The translations under genes were made by a program, and so were the position numbers. 64,000 nt of DNA, from positions 11,303 through 75,302 of the forward strand of contig CACLGW010000001.1 in the NCBI GenBank assembly GCA_902606525.1, read 5' to 3'. This document shows, one piece after another, positions 55,046 to 64,000 of the stretch (the stretch's first letter is position 1; each line of letters begins with the position of its first letter). Origin of the DNA: an uncultured Bacteroidota bacterium (GTDB taxonomy: Bacteria; Bacteroidota; Bacteroidia; Flavobacteriales; Flavobacteriaceae). The notes beneath the pieces were generated by a model. It saw only the letters and a list, made by a program, of their open reading frames with translations. It ran no database searches and was not told the origin of the DNA.

Positions 55046-56410
55046 TTAAAGTGAATTAATTTCGTTATCCATCCAGGAAAGTCTTTTTTCTATCCACTCT
55101 TTAAGGTAGTCTATTTCCTCTGAATATCTATTACCTATAAAATTGTTAGGCCATATATATTTCCCTAAAATCAACCATTTCCCAAAGTTCCTTGTGGAAG
55201 CGTCACTTTTTTCTAACTCGAGTTTTAAATCTTCTATAATAGTCATTATGAATTCATTCGAAAATTGATTTGATCTGAGTAAGGACCATCTTTGTTTGAG
55301 TGCTAAAACATAATCGGGGTCTTCTAATAATCGCTTCCACCAAAAAGGAACATGCATTCCATCTTGAGGACAGATTTTATTGAAATCCATCGCCCACCCA
55401 GATGTCAACTCTCCTCCACAATAATTTGCGTTTCCAAATGCGATATTAAAATCCCAAATTGGGCCCATGTTTAGTTTACCTCCTATATCTTTATTCATAA
55501 AAGTGCTAATTCTATAACCATCAACATTTCTTGAAATTTCATTTAAAAGAAAAAAATCAATAAAAGTCTCAACATTTATAAATTGCTTGTATCCATCTTC
55601 TTCCGACTGAAAGTTTTCAGAGGCCAAAGCATTTTCAAAATCTTGAATATAATTTTTAATGTATTCTTTTTGATCTAAAGAGATATCCCTATTCTTTGGA
55701 TATTCATAAAGAAAAACAGGATTTTTATTTAGCCCTTTGACTCCTGCTGAGGTATATTCCGACATAAATGCAATGTCTGAATTGAAAGAATCTCCATCGC
55801 CTGTGGGTTTGTCAATTTTAATAATATAACCTCCTGAAATATCCTCAGGTTTGTTTTTGCTTATGTTGACTCTATTTTTATCTCTTTTTATTTTCTCCAT
55901 TAGAACATAAACCCCTAAGAATTCTTCGTTTATTTCTAAGTTGTAGAATTTTGTTTTTGTTGCATACAGGCCAATATCATTTGATAAATTATAAATGAGA
56001 ACATTTCTAATAAGAGATTTATCACTGAATGGTCCGTAAAGAATCCAATCTTCCTCCTCGGGATAACCTGCAAGGGATACATCTAAATCCTCACCAGTCT
56101 CATCCCATGTTTCAAAGCCATATGATTTTTTATCAAAAAATTGAGAAGAAGAACCTCTAATTTCAATTCCTATATTATGCTCTTCTAATTTTTCATCCCC
56201 TTGATAAATTTCTAAAAATCCTTTTATTTTTGGTTCATCAACAATTGGAACTGAATAAGTATCAATGTCAATGTAAGGTAGCGGGGGAAATTCAGAAACA
56301 GAAGTTTCCTCAACAGTTAATGTTGGTGGAGGCACATATGGATCTGGATTATCCCAAGTGCTGCAGCTTACGCACACAACTAATAGAATGTGAAGATATT
56401 TTTTTTTCAT
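55046..56410 (-). CDS. CotH-family (atypical kinase fold) lipoprotein
   Basis: Lipobox VSCS. CotH-like regions GVYVLMEKIKRDKNRVNI, NEISRNVDGYRISTFMNKD and GPIWDFNIAFGNA. Confidence 0.7.
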   Translation of the reverse strand: MKKKYLHILLVVCVSCSTWDNPDPYVPPPTLTVEETSVSEFPPLPYIDIDTYSVPIVDEPKIKGFLEIYQGDEKLEEHNIGIEIRGSSSQFFDKKSYGFETWDETGEDLDVSLAGYPEEEDWILYGPFSDKSLIRNVLIYNLSNDIGLYATKTKFYNLEINEEFLGVYVLMEKIKRDKNRVNISKNKPEDISGGYIIKIDKPTGDGDSFNSDIAFMSEYTSAGVKGLNKNPVFLYEYPKNRDISLDQKEYIKNYIQDFENALASENFQSEEDGYKQFINVETFIDFFLLNEISRNVDGYRISTFMNKDIGGKLNMGPIWDFNIAFGNANYCGGELTSGWAMDFNKICPQDGMHVPFWWKRLLEDPDYVLALKQRWSLLRSNQFSNEFIMTIIEDLKLELEKSDASTRNFGKWLILGKYIWPNNFIGNRYSEEIDYLKEWIEKRLSWMDNEINSL

Positions 56411-56516
56411 GTTTATGGTTTTAGATTGAAATTTACTAAAAAGAAATAGATTCTACATAGACCATTTATTAATAGTTCTAATCTTAATTTTTTTATATTG
56501 AAATTAAATAATCCAA

Positions 56517-57347
56517 ATGCAATTAATCCTTTTTGTATTATCATATTTTAGCTTCATATATTTTTCAAGTAATACAATTGATATAGAGGTCATGTCTTAT
56601 AATATTCGATATGATAATTCCAAAGACGGAAAAAATCAATGGAGTTTTAGAAAAAAAACTCTCATTAATTATTTTTCGAAGAGTTCCCCAGATATTATTG
56701 GAATGCAAGAAGTATTAAATAATCAGCTAACTGATCTTTCGACTTCATTGGAAGAATATGATTATGTAGGGGTAGGTCGTGAAGATGGCAAAACAAAGGG
56801 CGAGTATAGTCCAATACTATATCGAAAATCAAAATATAAAGTATTGAAGTCTTCTACTTTTTGGCTTTCTGAAACTCCAAATATAATTTCTGTAGGATGG
56901 GATGCAGCATTAGAAAGGATTTGCACATATGCTCTTTTTGAAGATCGAAAAACAAAAAAACAATTTTGGGTATTCAACACTCATTTTGATCATAGAGGAA
57001 GAGTAGCCAGAGCAGAATCGGTAAAGCTTATTCTTAATCAAATTTCTAGGCTTAATACTGAAATCCAACCTACATTGATCACGGGAGATTTTAATTTGAC
57101 TCCAGAAACTGACCCTATTAAAAAACTTCAATCTAGATTTCAAGATGTAATGGGCCAGCTCAATTCAAATGATTTATCCTATGGAACATTTACAGGATTT
57201 GATACAACAAAAAATGCTACCAGGAGAATTGATTATATCTTTCAAAAGGGTTTTAATGTAAAAACTTCAAAACACATATGGATTAAAACTCCTAAAGATT
57301 TATGGGCATCTGATCATCACCCAGTTTTTTTGAAATGTTCCTTTTAA
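56517..57347 (+). CDS. Endonuclease/exonuclease/phosphatase (EEP) family protein
   Basis: VMSYNIRYDN, GMQEV, NTHFDH, GDFNLTPE and SDHHPVF motifs. Confidence 0.85.
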   Translation: MQLILFVLSYFSFIYFSSNTIDIEVMSYNIRYDNSKDGKNQWSFRKKTLINYFSKSSPDIIGMQEVLNNQLTDLSTSLEEYDYVGVGREDGKTKGEYSPILYRKSKYKVLKSSTFWLSETPNIISVGWDAALERICTYALFEDRKTKKQFWVFNTHFDHRGRVARAESVKLILNQISRLNTEIQPTLITGDFNLTPETDPIKKLQSRFQDVMGQLNSNDLSYGTFTGFDTTKNATRRIDYIFQKGFNVKTSKHIWIKTPKDLWASDHHPVFLKCSF

Positions 57348-57356
57348 TACTTTTAT

Positions 57357-57364
57357 AATTTTGT
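57357..57364 (+). promoter_or_regulatory. -7 box TAATTTTG for the DUF2911-like gene
   Basis: Exact TAnnTTTG, 34 nt before the ATG at 57399. Confidence 0.4.
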
Positions 57365-57398
57365 TCAAAATCTTACCTATATTAGTAAAAATTTAATC

Positions 57399-57929
57399 AT
57401 GAAAAATTTATATTATACTGTATTAACTTTATTTTTTGGCTCATTAATCCAGGCTCAGGAATTTAAAGTTTTAGATAAAAGCCCTCTAGATATGATTGAA
57501 TATCCAGGCAACCGTGGTGAAGGAAAATGGGCTAGAATTTTATACAGTCGTCCACAACTTAAAGGCAGAAAATTCGAATCTATAGTCCCAAAGGATAATA
57601 TATGGAGAATGGGTGCCAATGAGTCTACTGAATTAACCCTTTTTGTTCCAATGAGAATTGGAGAGACCTTAGTAGATAGAGGAGCTTATACAATGTATGC
57701 TATACCTTCAGAAAAACAGATAACTATTATCATAAATAAAGCCACACATGTTTGGGGAGCATATAGTTATAATAAAAATCTTGACGTTGTTAGAGTTACA
57801 GTTCCTATTACAGAAAACGATGATTCACTTGAGGCTTTTTCTATGATTTTTGGAAAAAGCGACGGTAATGGAATGAATCTTCACTTTGGATGGGACACAT
57901 TTAGGGGTAGCCTAAAATTTTCAAAGTAA
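57399..57929 (+). CDS. DUF2911-like secreted protein
   Basis: Signal peptide. ...IWRMGANESTELT...GAYTMYAIP... pattern. Confidence 0.65.
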   Translation: MKNLYYTVLTLFFGSLIQAQEFKVLDKSPLDMIEYPGNRGEGKWARILYSRPQLKGRKFESIVPKDNIWRMGANESTELTLFVPMRIGETLVDRGAYTMYAIPSEKQITIIINKATHVWGAYSYNKNLDVVRVTVPITENDDSLEAFSMIFGKSDGNGMNLHFGWDTFRGSLKFSK

Positions 57930-57966
57930 CTTTTAAAAAGTATTGTAATTTTAATATTCTTGAAAA

Positions 57967-58650
57967 TTATTTCAAGAGTATTTTTAGTGCCTCCTCTAGA
58001 TTTTTTTCTAGTATTTTATAACCCTCAAGAGTTAAGTGAACCCCATCACCACTGTGTTTTTTTGACATTCCATTATAGCCATTATTTAGTGCTTTGAAAT
58101 AATCTAAATAAAATACCTCATTTTTTTTAGCATAGTCTTTAATCATTTCGTTTAATTTGGGGATTTTGATATTAGGTTGCAAGCCAGGACTCCAGGGGTA
58201 ATTAAATGCCGGAAGAACGGAACATAAAATTACTTTTACACCATTAGCTTGAGCGATTTCGGTCATAGATTTTAAATTGTCTAAAATCATTTCTAGACTT
58301 ACTGGTCCAGTATTGCCAGCAATATCATTAGTTCCAGCAAGAATTACTACTGCAGAGGCATGAATATCAATTACATCAGCACGAAAGCGAACAAGCATTT
58401 GTGGAGTAGTTTGGCCACTAATTCCCCGATTTATATAAGGTTTGTTTTTAAAAAACTCTGGATGAGTTTGCAGCCAACCAATGGTTATGGAATTACCCAT
58501 AAATACGACACGTTTTTCATTCTTTTTTAATTCTGGTAAAGTAGAATTAGCTTGACGAAATTCACTAAAATCAGCCCAATCTTGAGCTTTTATAGGGCTA
58601 AAAAGAAAGAAAATAATTAGAAGATAAATAATTTTAAATGTGGTTTTCAT
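57967..58650 (-). CDS. SGNH/GDSL-family esterase
   Basis: Block I VVFMGNSIT, block II GISGQTT, block III GTNDI, block V DGVHLT. Signal peptide. Confidence 0.85.
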   Translation of the reverse strand: MKTTFKIIYLLIIFFLFSPIKAQDWADFSEFRQANSTLPELKKNEKRVVFMGNSITIGWLQTHPEFFKNKPYINRGISGQTTPQMLVRFRADVIDIHASAVVILAGTNDIAGNTGPVSLEMILDNLKSMTEIAQANGVKVILCSVLPAFNYPWSPGLQPNIKIPKLNEMIKDYAKKNEVFYLDYFKALNNGYNGMSKKHSGDGVHLTLEGYKILEKNLEEALKILLK

Positions 58651-58753
58651 TTAATTTGTTTGTGGATTAGGATTTCAAATTTACTATCTTTCTTAACCTA
58701 AAACTATTTATTTTACAGACAATTAACACAAAATTTAAGCCAATATTTAAATT

Positions 58754-60088
58754 ATGAAAGTTTTTAAATCTAGATTTTTACTTCTTACTTTTCTTCTTCC
58801 ATTATGCATGAATGCTCAAGAATACCGGCCAACTGTTGAAAATATAGAAGCTAGGAAATGGTTTCAAGATTCTAGATTTGGACTTTTTATACATTGGGGG
58901 GTATATAGTGTTTTAGGTGATGGAGAATGGGTAATGAATAATCAAAATATCAGTATTGAAGAGTACGAAAAATTACCCAATTTTTTCAATCCAATTAGTT
59001 TTGACCCAAAAAAATGGGTTTCTATGGCCAACGATGCTGGAATGAAGTATATAACTATTACAAGTCGACATCATGATGGATTTTCCATGTTTGACTCTAA
59101 GGTAACTGATTACGATATAGTCGACGCAACACCATATGGAAAAGATATAATTAAAATGCTAGCTGATGAATGCCGTAAACAAGGAATTAAATTATTTTTC
59201 TACTATTCTTTATTAGATTGGAACCGAGATGATTATTTTCCAAGGGGAAGATCAGGAAAAGGAATACTTGGTCGGGGAGAGGGAGACTGGAAAGATTATA
59301 TTGATTTTATGAAATCTCAACTGAAAGAACTACTAACAAATTATGGAAAAATTGGCGGAATTTGGTTCGATGGTCACTGGGATCAAAAAGAATGGGACGG
59401 GAACAAATATGGAGAACTTAAAGTTGATTGGCATTATGATGAAATTTATGGGATGATTCATCGGATGCAGCCTCAAGCACTTATTGGAAACAATCACCAT
59501 ATTGGTGTTATTGATGGAGAAGACTTTCAAATGTTTGAAAAAGATTTACCTGGAAATAATTCAACAGGCTGGGGTACACCTGCAGATCAAATTGGATCCG
59601 TACCTCTAGAAGTTTGTGAAACAATAAATGGCTCCTGGGGTTTTAATTTACAAGATAGAAAACATAAGTCTGATAAAGAACTTATCCATTATTTAATTAA
59701 AGCTGCAGGATATGGAAGCAACATGCTTCTTAATGTTGGTCCTATGCCTAATGGAGAAATCCAGCCAAAACACGAATCTTCTCTAAAGGCAATTGGTGAT
59801 TGGTTAAAGCAAAATGGTGAAACAATTTATGGTACACGAAAAGGACCAATTCCCCCAAATGATGATTATGTTTCAACTCAAAGGGGAAAAACAGTTTACG
59901 TTCATATACTCAATCCAGAAATTGATTTGATTCACACTGACAAAGTTCCATTTAGAATTAAAGAGATTTCCGATATGAAAAATAAGACAAAACTAGATTA
60001 CAGGAATGACAGATTTGGTTTATCAATTGATGTTTCGAATCTTTTAAAAGATGATTTAGACACCGTAATCAAAATAGAATTAAGATGA
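58754..60088 (+). CDS. Alpha-L-fucosidase (GH29)
   Basis: FGLFIHWGVYSV, TSRHHDGFSMFDS, and GIWFDGHW. Confidence 0.88.
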   Translation: MKVFKSRFLLLTFLLPLCMNAQEYRPTVENIEARKWFQDSRFGLFIHWGVYSVLGDGEWVMNNQNISIEEYEKLPNFFNPISFDPKKWVSMANDAGMKYITITSRHHDGFSMFDSKVTDYDIVDATPYGKDIIKMLADECRKQGIKLFFYYSLLDWNRDDYFPRGRSGKGILGRGEGDWKDYIDFMKSQLKELLTNYGKIGGIWFDGHWDQKEWDGNKYGELKVDWHYDEIYGMIHRMQPQALIGNNHHIGVIDGEDFQMFEKDLPGNNSTGWGTPADQIGSVPLEVCETINGSWGFNLQDRKHKSDKELIHYLIKAAGYGSNMLLNVGPMPNGEIQPKHESSLKAIGDWLKQNGETIYGTRKGPIPPNDDYVSTQRGKTVYVHILNPEIDLIHTDKVPFRIKEISDMKNKTKLDYRNDRFGLSIDVSNLLKDDLDTVIKIELR

Positions 60089-60144
60089 GATTATCAAATT
60101 TTGACATTCGTTTAGTCTTCCCCCATTTTTTTAAAAGTTTTGTA

Positions 60145-61590
60145 ATGTTTCAAAAAATTTTTCTCTTACTAATGTTTATTACCAGTTGTTCTTATGTCGA
60201 GTCTTCTTTAGAGCCAGTATTACCTGTTCCTAATAAATATCAATTAGCTTGGCAAGAATTAGAGTATTATGCCTTTATTCATTTTAATATGAATACGTTT
60301 ACCAATAAAGAATGGGGTTATGGAGACGAAAAACCTTCCCAATTTAACCCTACCCAATTGGATACGCATCAATGGGCGCGTGTAGCTAAACAGGCTGGAA
60401 TGAAAGGGATTATAATTACTGCTAAACATCATGATGGATTTTGTTTATGGCCTAGTAAATTTACCGAGCATTCAGTTAAAAATTCACCTTGGAAAAATGG
60501 TAAAGGAGATTTAATTCGAGAGTTGTCCGATGCCTGTAGAGAATATGGTCTTAAATTCGGAGTTTATTTGTCACCATGGGATCGAAACCATCCCAATTAT
60601 GGTAGACCTGAATACATTTCCTATTTCCGTAATCAGCTTAAAGAATTATTGACTGAATACGGTGAAATCTTTGAAGTATGGTTTGATGGTGCTAATGGAG
60701 GCGATGGTTTTTATGGTGGAGCAAATGAAGAACGAAGAGTAAATAAAAAATCATATTATGATTGGCCCACAACTATTGAACTAGTTCGTAGTTTACAACC
60801 TCAAGCAGTTATTTTTAGTGATGCAGGGCCTGATATTCGATGGGTTGGAAATGAAAAAGGTTATGCTAATGAAAGGACTTGGTCACCTATATACCGAGAT
60901 AGTATATTTGCAGGAATGCCGGATTTTCATCGGTTTTCTGCTGGTCAAGAAAATGGAACACATTGGGTGCCTACGGAAACTGATGTATCCATCCGTCCTG
61001 GATGGTACTATCATCCTGAGGAGGATAATCAAGTTAAGCCATTATCAAAATTAGTTGACATATATTATAATTCTGTAGGACTGAACAGTTCTCTTTTATT
61101 GAATTTACCAGTTGATACCCGAGGATTGATACATGAAAATGAGGTTGCAAATTTAAATGCCCTTGCAGATTATCTGGATGCAACTTTTTCAAATGATTAT
61201 TCCAAAGGTCAAAAAGTAAATACAAGTTCAAATTTTAAAGGCTACAATGAAACAGCTTTAATTAATAAGGATAGAAAAAGTTACTGGGTATCTGCATTAG
61301 ATGATCAAAATCCAAAAATAGAAATCTATCTAGAAAATCCAGAATCACTTAATACCTTTTTGATTCAGGAATACCTTCCAATGGGGCAGCGAATTAAGTC
61401 TTTTTATTTTGAAATTTTTTCAAAAGGGAATTGGGTAAAAGTGTATGAAGGATCGACTGTTGGAAATAAACGTTTGATCCGTTTTAAAACTCAGATTATT
61501 GACGGAGTTCGATTTACTGTAACCGATAAAAAAGCCCAAGTGATAATTTCCAATGTAGGACTATTTAGAGCTCAAGATTTAAATAATTAG
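60145..61590 (+). CDS. Alpha-L-fucosidase (GH29) with a C-terminal F5/8 type C (discoidin)-like domain
   Basis: YYAFIHFNMNTF, TAKHHDGFCLWPS and VWFDGANGG. Lipoprotein signal from the Met at 60145 (MFQKIFLLLMFITSC). The track start 60085 is an ATGA overlap alternative. Confidence 0.85.
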   Translation: MFQKIFLLLMFITSCSYVESSLEPVLPVPNKYQLAWQELEYYAFIHFNMNTFTNKEWGYGDEKPSQFNPTQLDTHQWARVAKQAGMKGIIITAKHHDGFCLWPSKFTEHSVKNSPWKNGKGDLIRELSDACREYGLKFGVYLSPWDRNHPNYGRPEYISYFRNQLKELLTEYGEIFEVWFDGANGGDGFYGGANEERRVNKKSYYDWPTTIELVRSLQPQAVIFSDAGPDIRWVGNEKGYANERTWSPIYRDSIFAGMPDFHRFSAGQENGTHWVPTETDVSIRPGWYYHPEEDNQVKPLSKLVDIYYNSVGLNSSLLLNLPVDTRGLIHENEVANLNALADYLDATFSNDYSKGQKVNTSSNFKGYNETALINKDRKSYWVSALDDQNPKIEIYLENPESLNTFLIQEYLPMGQRIKSFYFEIFSKGNWVKVYEGSTVGNKRLIRFKTQIIDGVRFTVTDKKAQVIISNVGLFRAQDLNN

Positions 61591-61591
61591 T

Positions 61592-63139
61592 ATGAAACGA
61601 CTTTTTTTATTTTTGAGTTTTTCTCCAATTTTTATATTGAGTTGTGACACATACAAGCAAGAGGAGAAGCCTCCAAACATTATTCTTTTTTTTGTAGATG
61701 ATATGGGGTGGCAAGACACCTCGGTTCCTTTTTGGGATCAAAAAACATCATTTAATGAAATATACAGAACTCCTAATATGGAGCGTTTGGCAAAAAAAGG
61801 AGTGAAATTTACAAATGCATATGCTACTCCAGTCTGTTCTCCCACACGAGTAAGTTTAATGACAGGAATGAATGCTGCAAGACACAGAGTTACGAATTGG
61901 ACTCTCAAACCCGATCAAAAGCAACCAATGGAAATTGACCATCCTACTTTGGAGTTCCCTGATTGGAATTATAATGGAATAAGCCTAGAACCTTCAACAC
62001 CAAATGCAGTTTATGCAAAACCACTACCCAAACTTTTATCCGAAGCAGGTTATCATACTATACATGCTGGTAAGGCTCATTTTGGAGCTATAGGTTATCC
62101 AACTTCTAATCCATTAAATCTTGGTTTTGATATTAACATAGCGGGTCATGCAGCAGGAAGACCTGAAAGTTATTTGGGAATTGAAAATTTTGGTAACGGG
62201 AAAGAAGGAAATGAACTTTGGGCAGTTCCAGGACTAGAAAAATATCACGGGCAAAATATTTTTCTTACAGAGGCACTTACAAAAGAGGTACTTTATTCGT
62301 TGGATTATCCTGTCCAAAAAAATCAACCCTTTTTCTTGTATTTCGCTTTGTATGGAATTCATACACCTTTAATGGCAAATAAAAGTTTAGTTGAAAAATA
62401 TCGAGAAATGGGACTGGAAGAACCTGAAGCCTGCTATGCCTCAATGATAGAAAGTATGGATCAAGCTTTGGGTGAGGTTCTTAATTATTTAGAAGATAAC
62501 CAACTTGAAAAAAATACTGTAATCTTATTTATGTCGGATAATGGTGGATTGAGTGCTTCTGCAAGAGGAGGTGAAAAACACACCCATAATCTTCCACTTA
62601 AAAGTGGTAAAGGTTCGATTTATGAAGGAGGAATTCGTGTACCTATGTTAGCTTATTGGCCAAATAAAACTAAAGCTGAAACTGTTAATTCAAGTCCACT
62701 TATTATTGAAGACTTTTTTCCCTCCATTTTGCATATGGCCCAGGTCAATATAGACAATTTACCTCAAAAGTTAGATGGTCAAAGTTTTGTTCCACTACTA
62801 CTTCAAAATGGTTTTAAAATTGAAAAGGACCGTCCCTTAGTTTGGCATTATCCCAATAAATGGGGAAATGAAGGTCCCGGTATTGGGAGTTTTAGTGCCG
62901 TTCGTCAAGGTGATTGGAAGTTGATTTATTTCCACACAAAAAGCACTTTAGAACTCTATAATTTAAAAGAAGACATTCGAGAAAATCTTAACTTGTTAAA
63001 CTCAAATAAAGAAAAAGCAAAACAAATGGCAACTAGATTAACAAATTTTTTAAAAAATGCAAACGCTCAGATGCCAGTTCACAAATTGAACAAAAAAAAG
63101 ATTCCATGGCCAACATCTGTATTTGAGACTATAGAATGA
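61592..63139 (+). CDS. Formylglycine-dependent sulfatase (S1 family)
   Basis: PNIILFFVDDMGWQD and the CSPTRVSLMTG (C-x-P-x-R) motif. SDNGG. Confidence 0.9.
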   Translation: MKRLFLFLSFSPIFILSCDTYKQEEKPPNIILFFVDDMGWQDTSVPFWDQKTSFNEIYRTPNMERLAKKGVKFTNAYATPVCSPTRVSLMTGMNAARHRVTNWTLKPDQKQPMEIDHPTLEFPDWNYNGISLEPSTPNAVYAKPLPKLLSEAGYHTIHAGKAHFGAIGYPTSNPLNLGFDINIAGHAAGRPESYLGIENFGNGKEGNELWAVPGLEKYHGQNIFLTEALTKEVLYSLDYPVQKNQPFFLYFALYGIHTPLMANKSLVEKYREMGLEEPEACYASMIESMDQALGEVLNYLEDNQLEKNTVILFMSDNGGLSASARGGEKHTHNLPLKSGKGSIYEGGIRVPMLAYWPNKTKAETVNSSPLIIEDFFPSILHMAQVNIDNLPQKLDGQSFVPLLLQNGFKIEKDRPLVWHYPNKWGNEGPGIGSFSAVRQGDWKLIYFHTKSTLELYNLKEDIRENLNLLNSNKEKAKQMATRLTNFLKNANAQMPVHKLNKKKIPWPTSVFETIE

Positions 63140-63199
63140 ACTTTTTTTAAATACGATTTTAAAGATTGGGAAGGTTAATTTTTTAAACTTAATCTAAAA

Positions 63200-63496
63200 T
63201 TAGCCCATCAAAGATTGAACTTTCATCGCCAATCCCATATCGCCAGTAATTTTTATTTGACCACCCATTACTGCCATCATGGGGTTGATTTCTCCATCTC
63301 TAAGTTTTTCAAGTACTTCGGCAGTTAAACTAATTGTACAGTCTGCCTCTTCATCTGACGCTTTTACAGTATTCGAATCACCTGAACCATCGATTAATAT
63401 TCCTTGGCCGTCTACTTCAAATTTAATGGAGCCACCGATTGGTGCCGCACTTGACGCTCTTTTCTCGAATTGGGAAACAATATTTTCTAAACTCAT
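63200..63496 (-). CDS. SCP2 sterol-carrier-like domain protein
   Basis: About 98 aa from the Met at 63496 (MSLENIVSQFEK). C-terminal ...MMAVMGGQIKITGDMGLAMKVQSL is typical of SCP2. The track extension to 63538 would run through the palindrome. Confidence 0.7.
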   Translation of the reverse strand: MSLENIVSQFEKRASSAAPIGGSIKFEVDGQGILIDGSGDSNTVKASDEEADCTISLTAEVLEKLRDGEINPMMAVMGGQIKITGDMGLAMKVQSLMG

Positions 63497-63524
63497 ATTT
63501 TTTTTTAAAAGTAAAAATAATAAA

Positions 63525-63537
63525 TGACACAGTGTCA
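63525..63537. promoter_or_regulatory. Palindrome TGACAC-A-GTGTCA (extended AAATGACACAGTGTCATTT, 63522..63540) in a divergent promoter region
   Basis: Read directly. No gene ends here, so it cannot be a terminator. Same core as 20718..20730. Confidence 0.5.
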
Positions 63538-63574
63538 TTTATTTAACTAAATTTATAAATTAAAAAAATGGTAT

Positions 63575-64000
63575 ATGACTTATCGATTAAAAAAAGTTGT
63601 GGTTTTAGGATCTGGTGTTATGGGATCTGGGATTGCATGCCATTTAGCTAATGTAGGCATGGAGGTTATAATGTTAGATATAATCACACCTGACCTCAAA
63701 GATGATCAACAAAATAGTTCACTTCATCGTAATAATTTGGTCAATTCTGCTCTACAAAAAACAATTAAATCAAAGCCAGCTCCTTTATATCATAAATCAT
63801 TTTCTTCTAGAATCAAAACTGGAAATTTTCAAGACGATTTTGAAAAAATTTCAGAATCTGACTGGATTATTGAAGTTGTAGTCGAAAATTTAAAAATTAA
63901 AAAACAGATTTTTGAAAAAGTTGATCAACATCGTAAAAATGGGAGTCTGGTAAGTTCTAATACTTCTAGTATACCCATAAATTTATTAGCGGAGAATCGT
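63575..64000 (+). CDS. 3-hydroxyacyl-CoA dehydrogenase family protein, N-terminal fragment (3' end lies outside the window)
   Basis: Hand translation: MTYRLKKVVVLGSGVMGSGIACHLANVGMEVIMLDI... (Rossmann GxGxxG) ...DWIIEVVVENLKIKKQIF.... Open to the window end. Not in the ORF track. Confidence 0.8.
   Translation, partial: MTYRLKKVVVLGSGVMGSGIACHLANVGMEVIMLDIITPDLKDDQQNSSLHRNNLVNSALQKTIKSKPAPLYHKSFSSRIKTGNFQDDFEKISESDWIIEVVVENLKIKKQIFEKVDQHRKNGSLVSSNTSSIPINLLAENR

Overview
This is an AT-rich chromosomal segment that looks like Bacteroidota, probably Flavobacteriia. Three things support that: T9SS C-terminal sorting domains, a SusC/SusD pair, and many exact TAnnTTTG -7 promoter boxes just upstream of genes. 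I support about 55 protein genes and 3 tRNAs (Leu-CAA, Gly-GCC, Leu-TAA). I saw no rRNA, CRISPR array, transposase, integrase or phage genes.

Housekeeping genes: pth, rplY, prs, rpsP, rimM, tig, clpP, clpX, sppA, yhhQ, a folK-deoxynucleoside-kinase fusion, mutS, xylB, xylA, etfB and etfA.

These are interleaved with outer-membrane and secreted functions:
- four TonB-dependent receptors, plus one truncated to its plug domain
- a SusC/SusD pair next to a proline iminopeptidase
- a 1361-aa mosaic T9SS adhesin
- a CotH-like lipoprotein
- two exported xylose-isomerase-like TIM barrels and a DUF1080 protein
- a fucosidase/fucosidase/sulfatase/SGNH-esterase cluster

Most notable observations that are not obviously annotated:
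1. A 15-nt palindrome, TGCAAC-N3-GTTGCA, occurs twice. One copy precedes a 45-aa His/Asp-rich lipoprotein ORF that is missing from the ORF track. The other overlaps the -7 box of a lipoprotein + TonB-receptor operon. Together they look like a candidate co-regulated surface metal-capture module.
2. A second palindrome, TGACAC-N-GTGTCA, is shared by the etfBA upstream region and the divergent SCP2 / 3-hydroxyacyl-CoA dehydrogenase promoter. It is a candidate beta-oxidation operator.
3. A four-gene minus-strand block encodes an exported TIM barrel, two beta-propeller proteins (one with a Met/His-rich loop) and a GNAT.
4. A plug-only TonB receptor sits beside a tight operon encoding a secreted protein, an ankyrin-repeat protein and a DUF2271 protein.

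All family calls rest on motif recognition by eye. No searches or computations were run.
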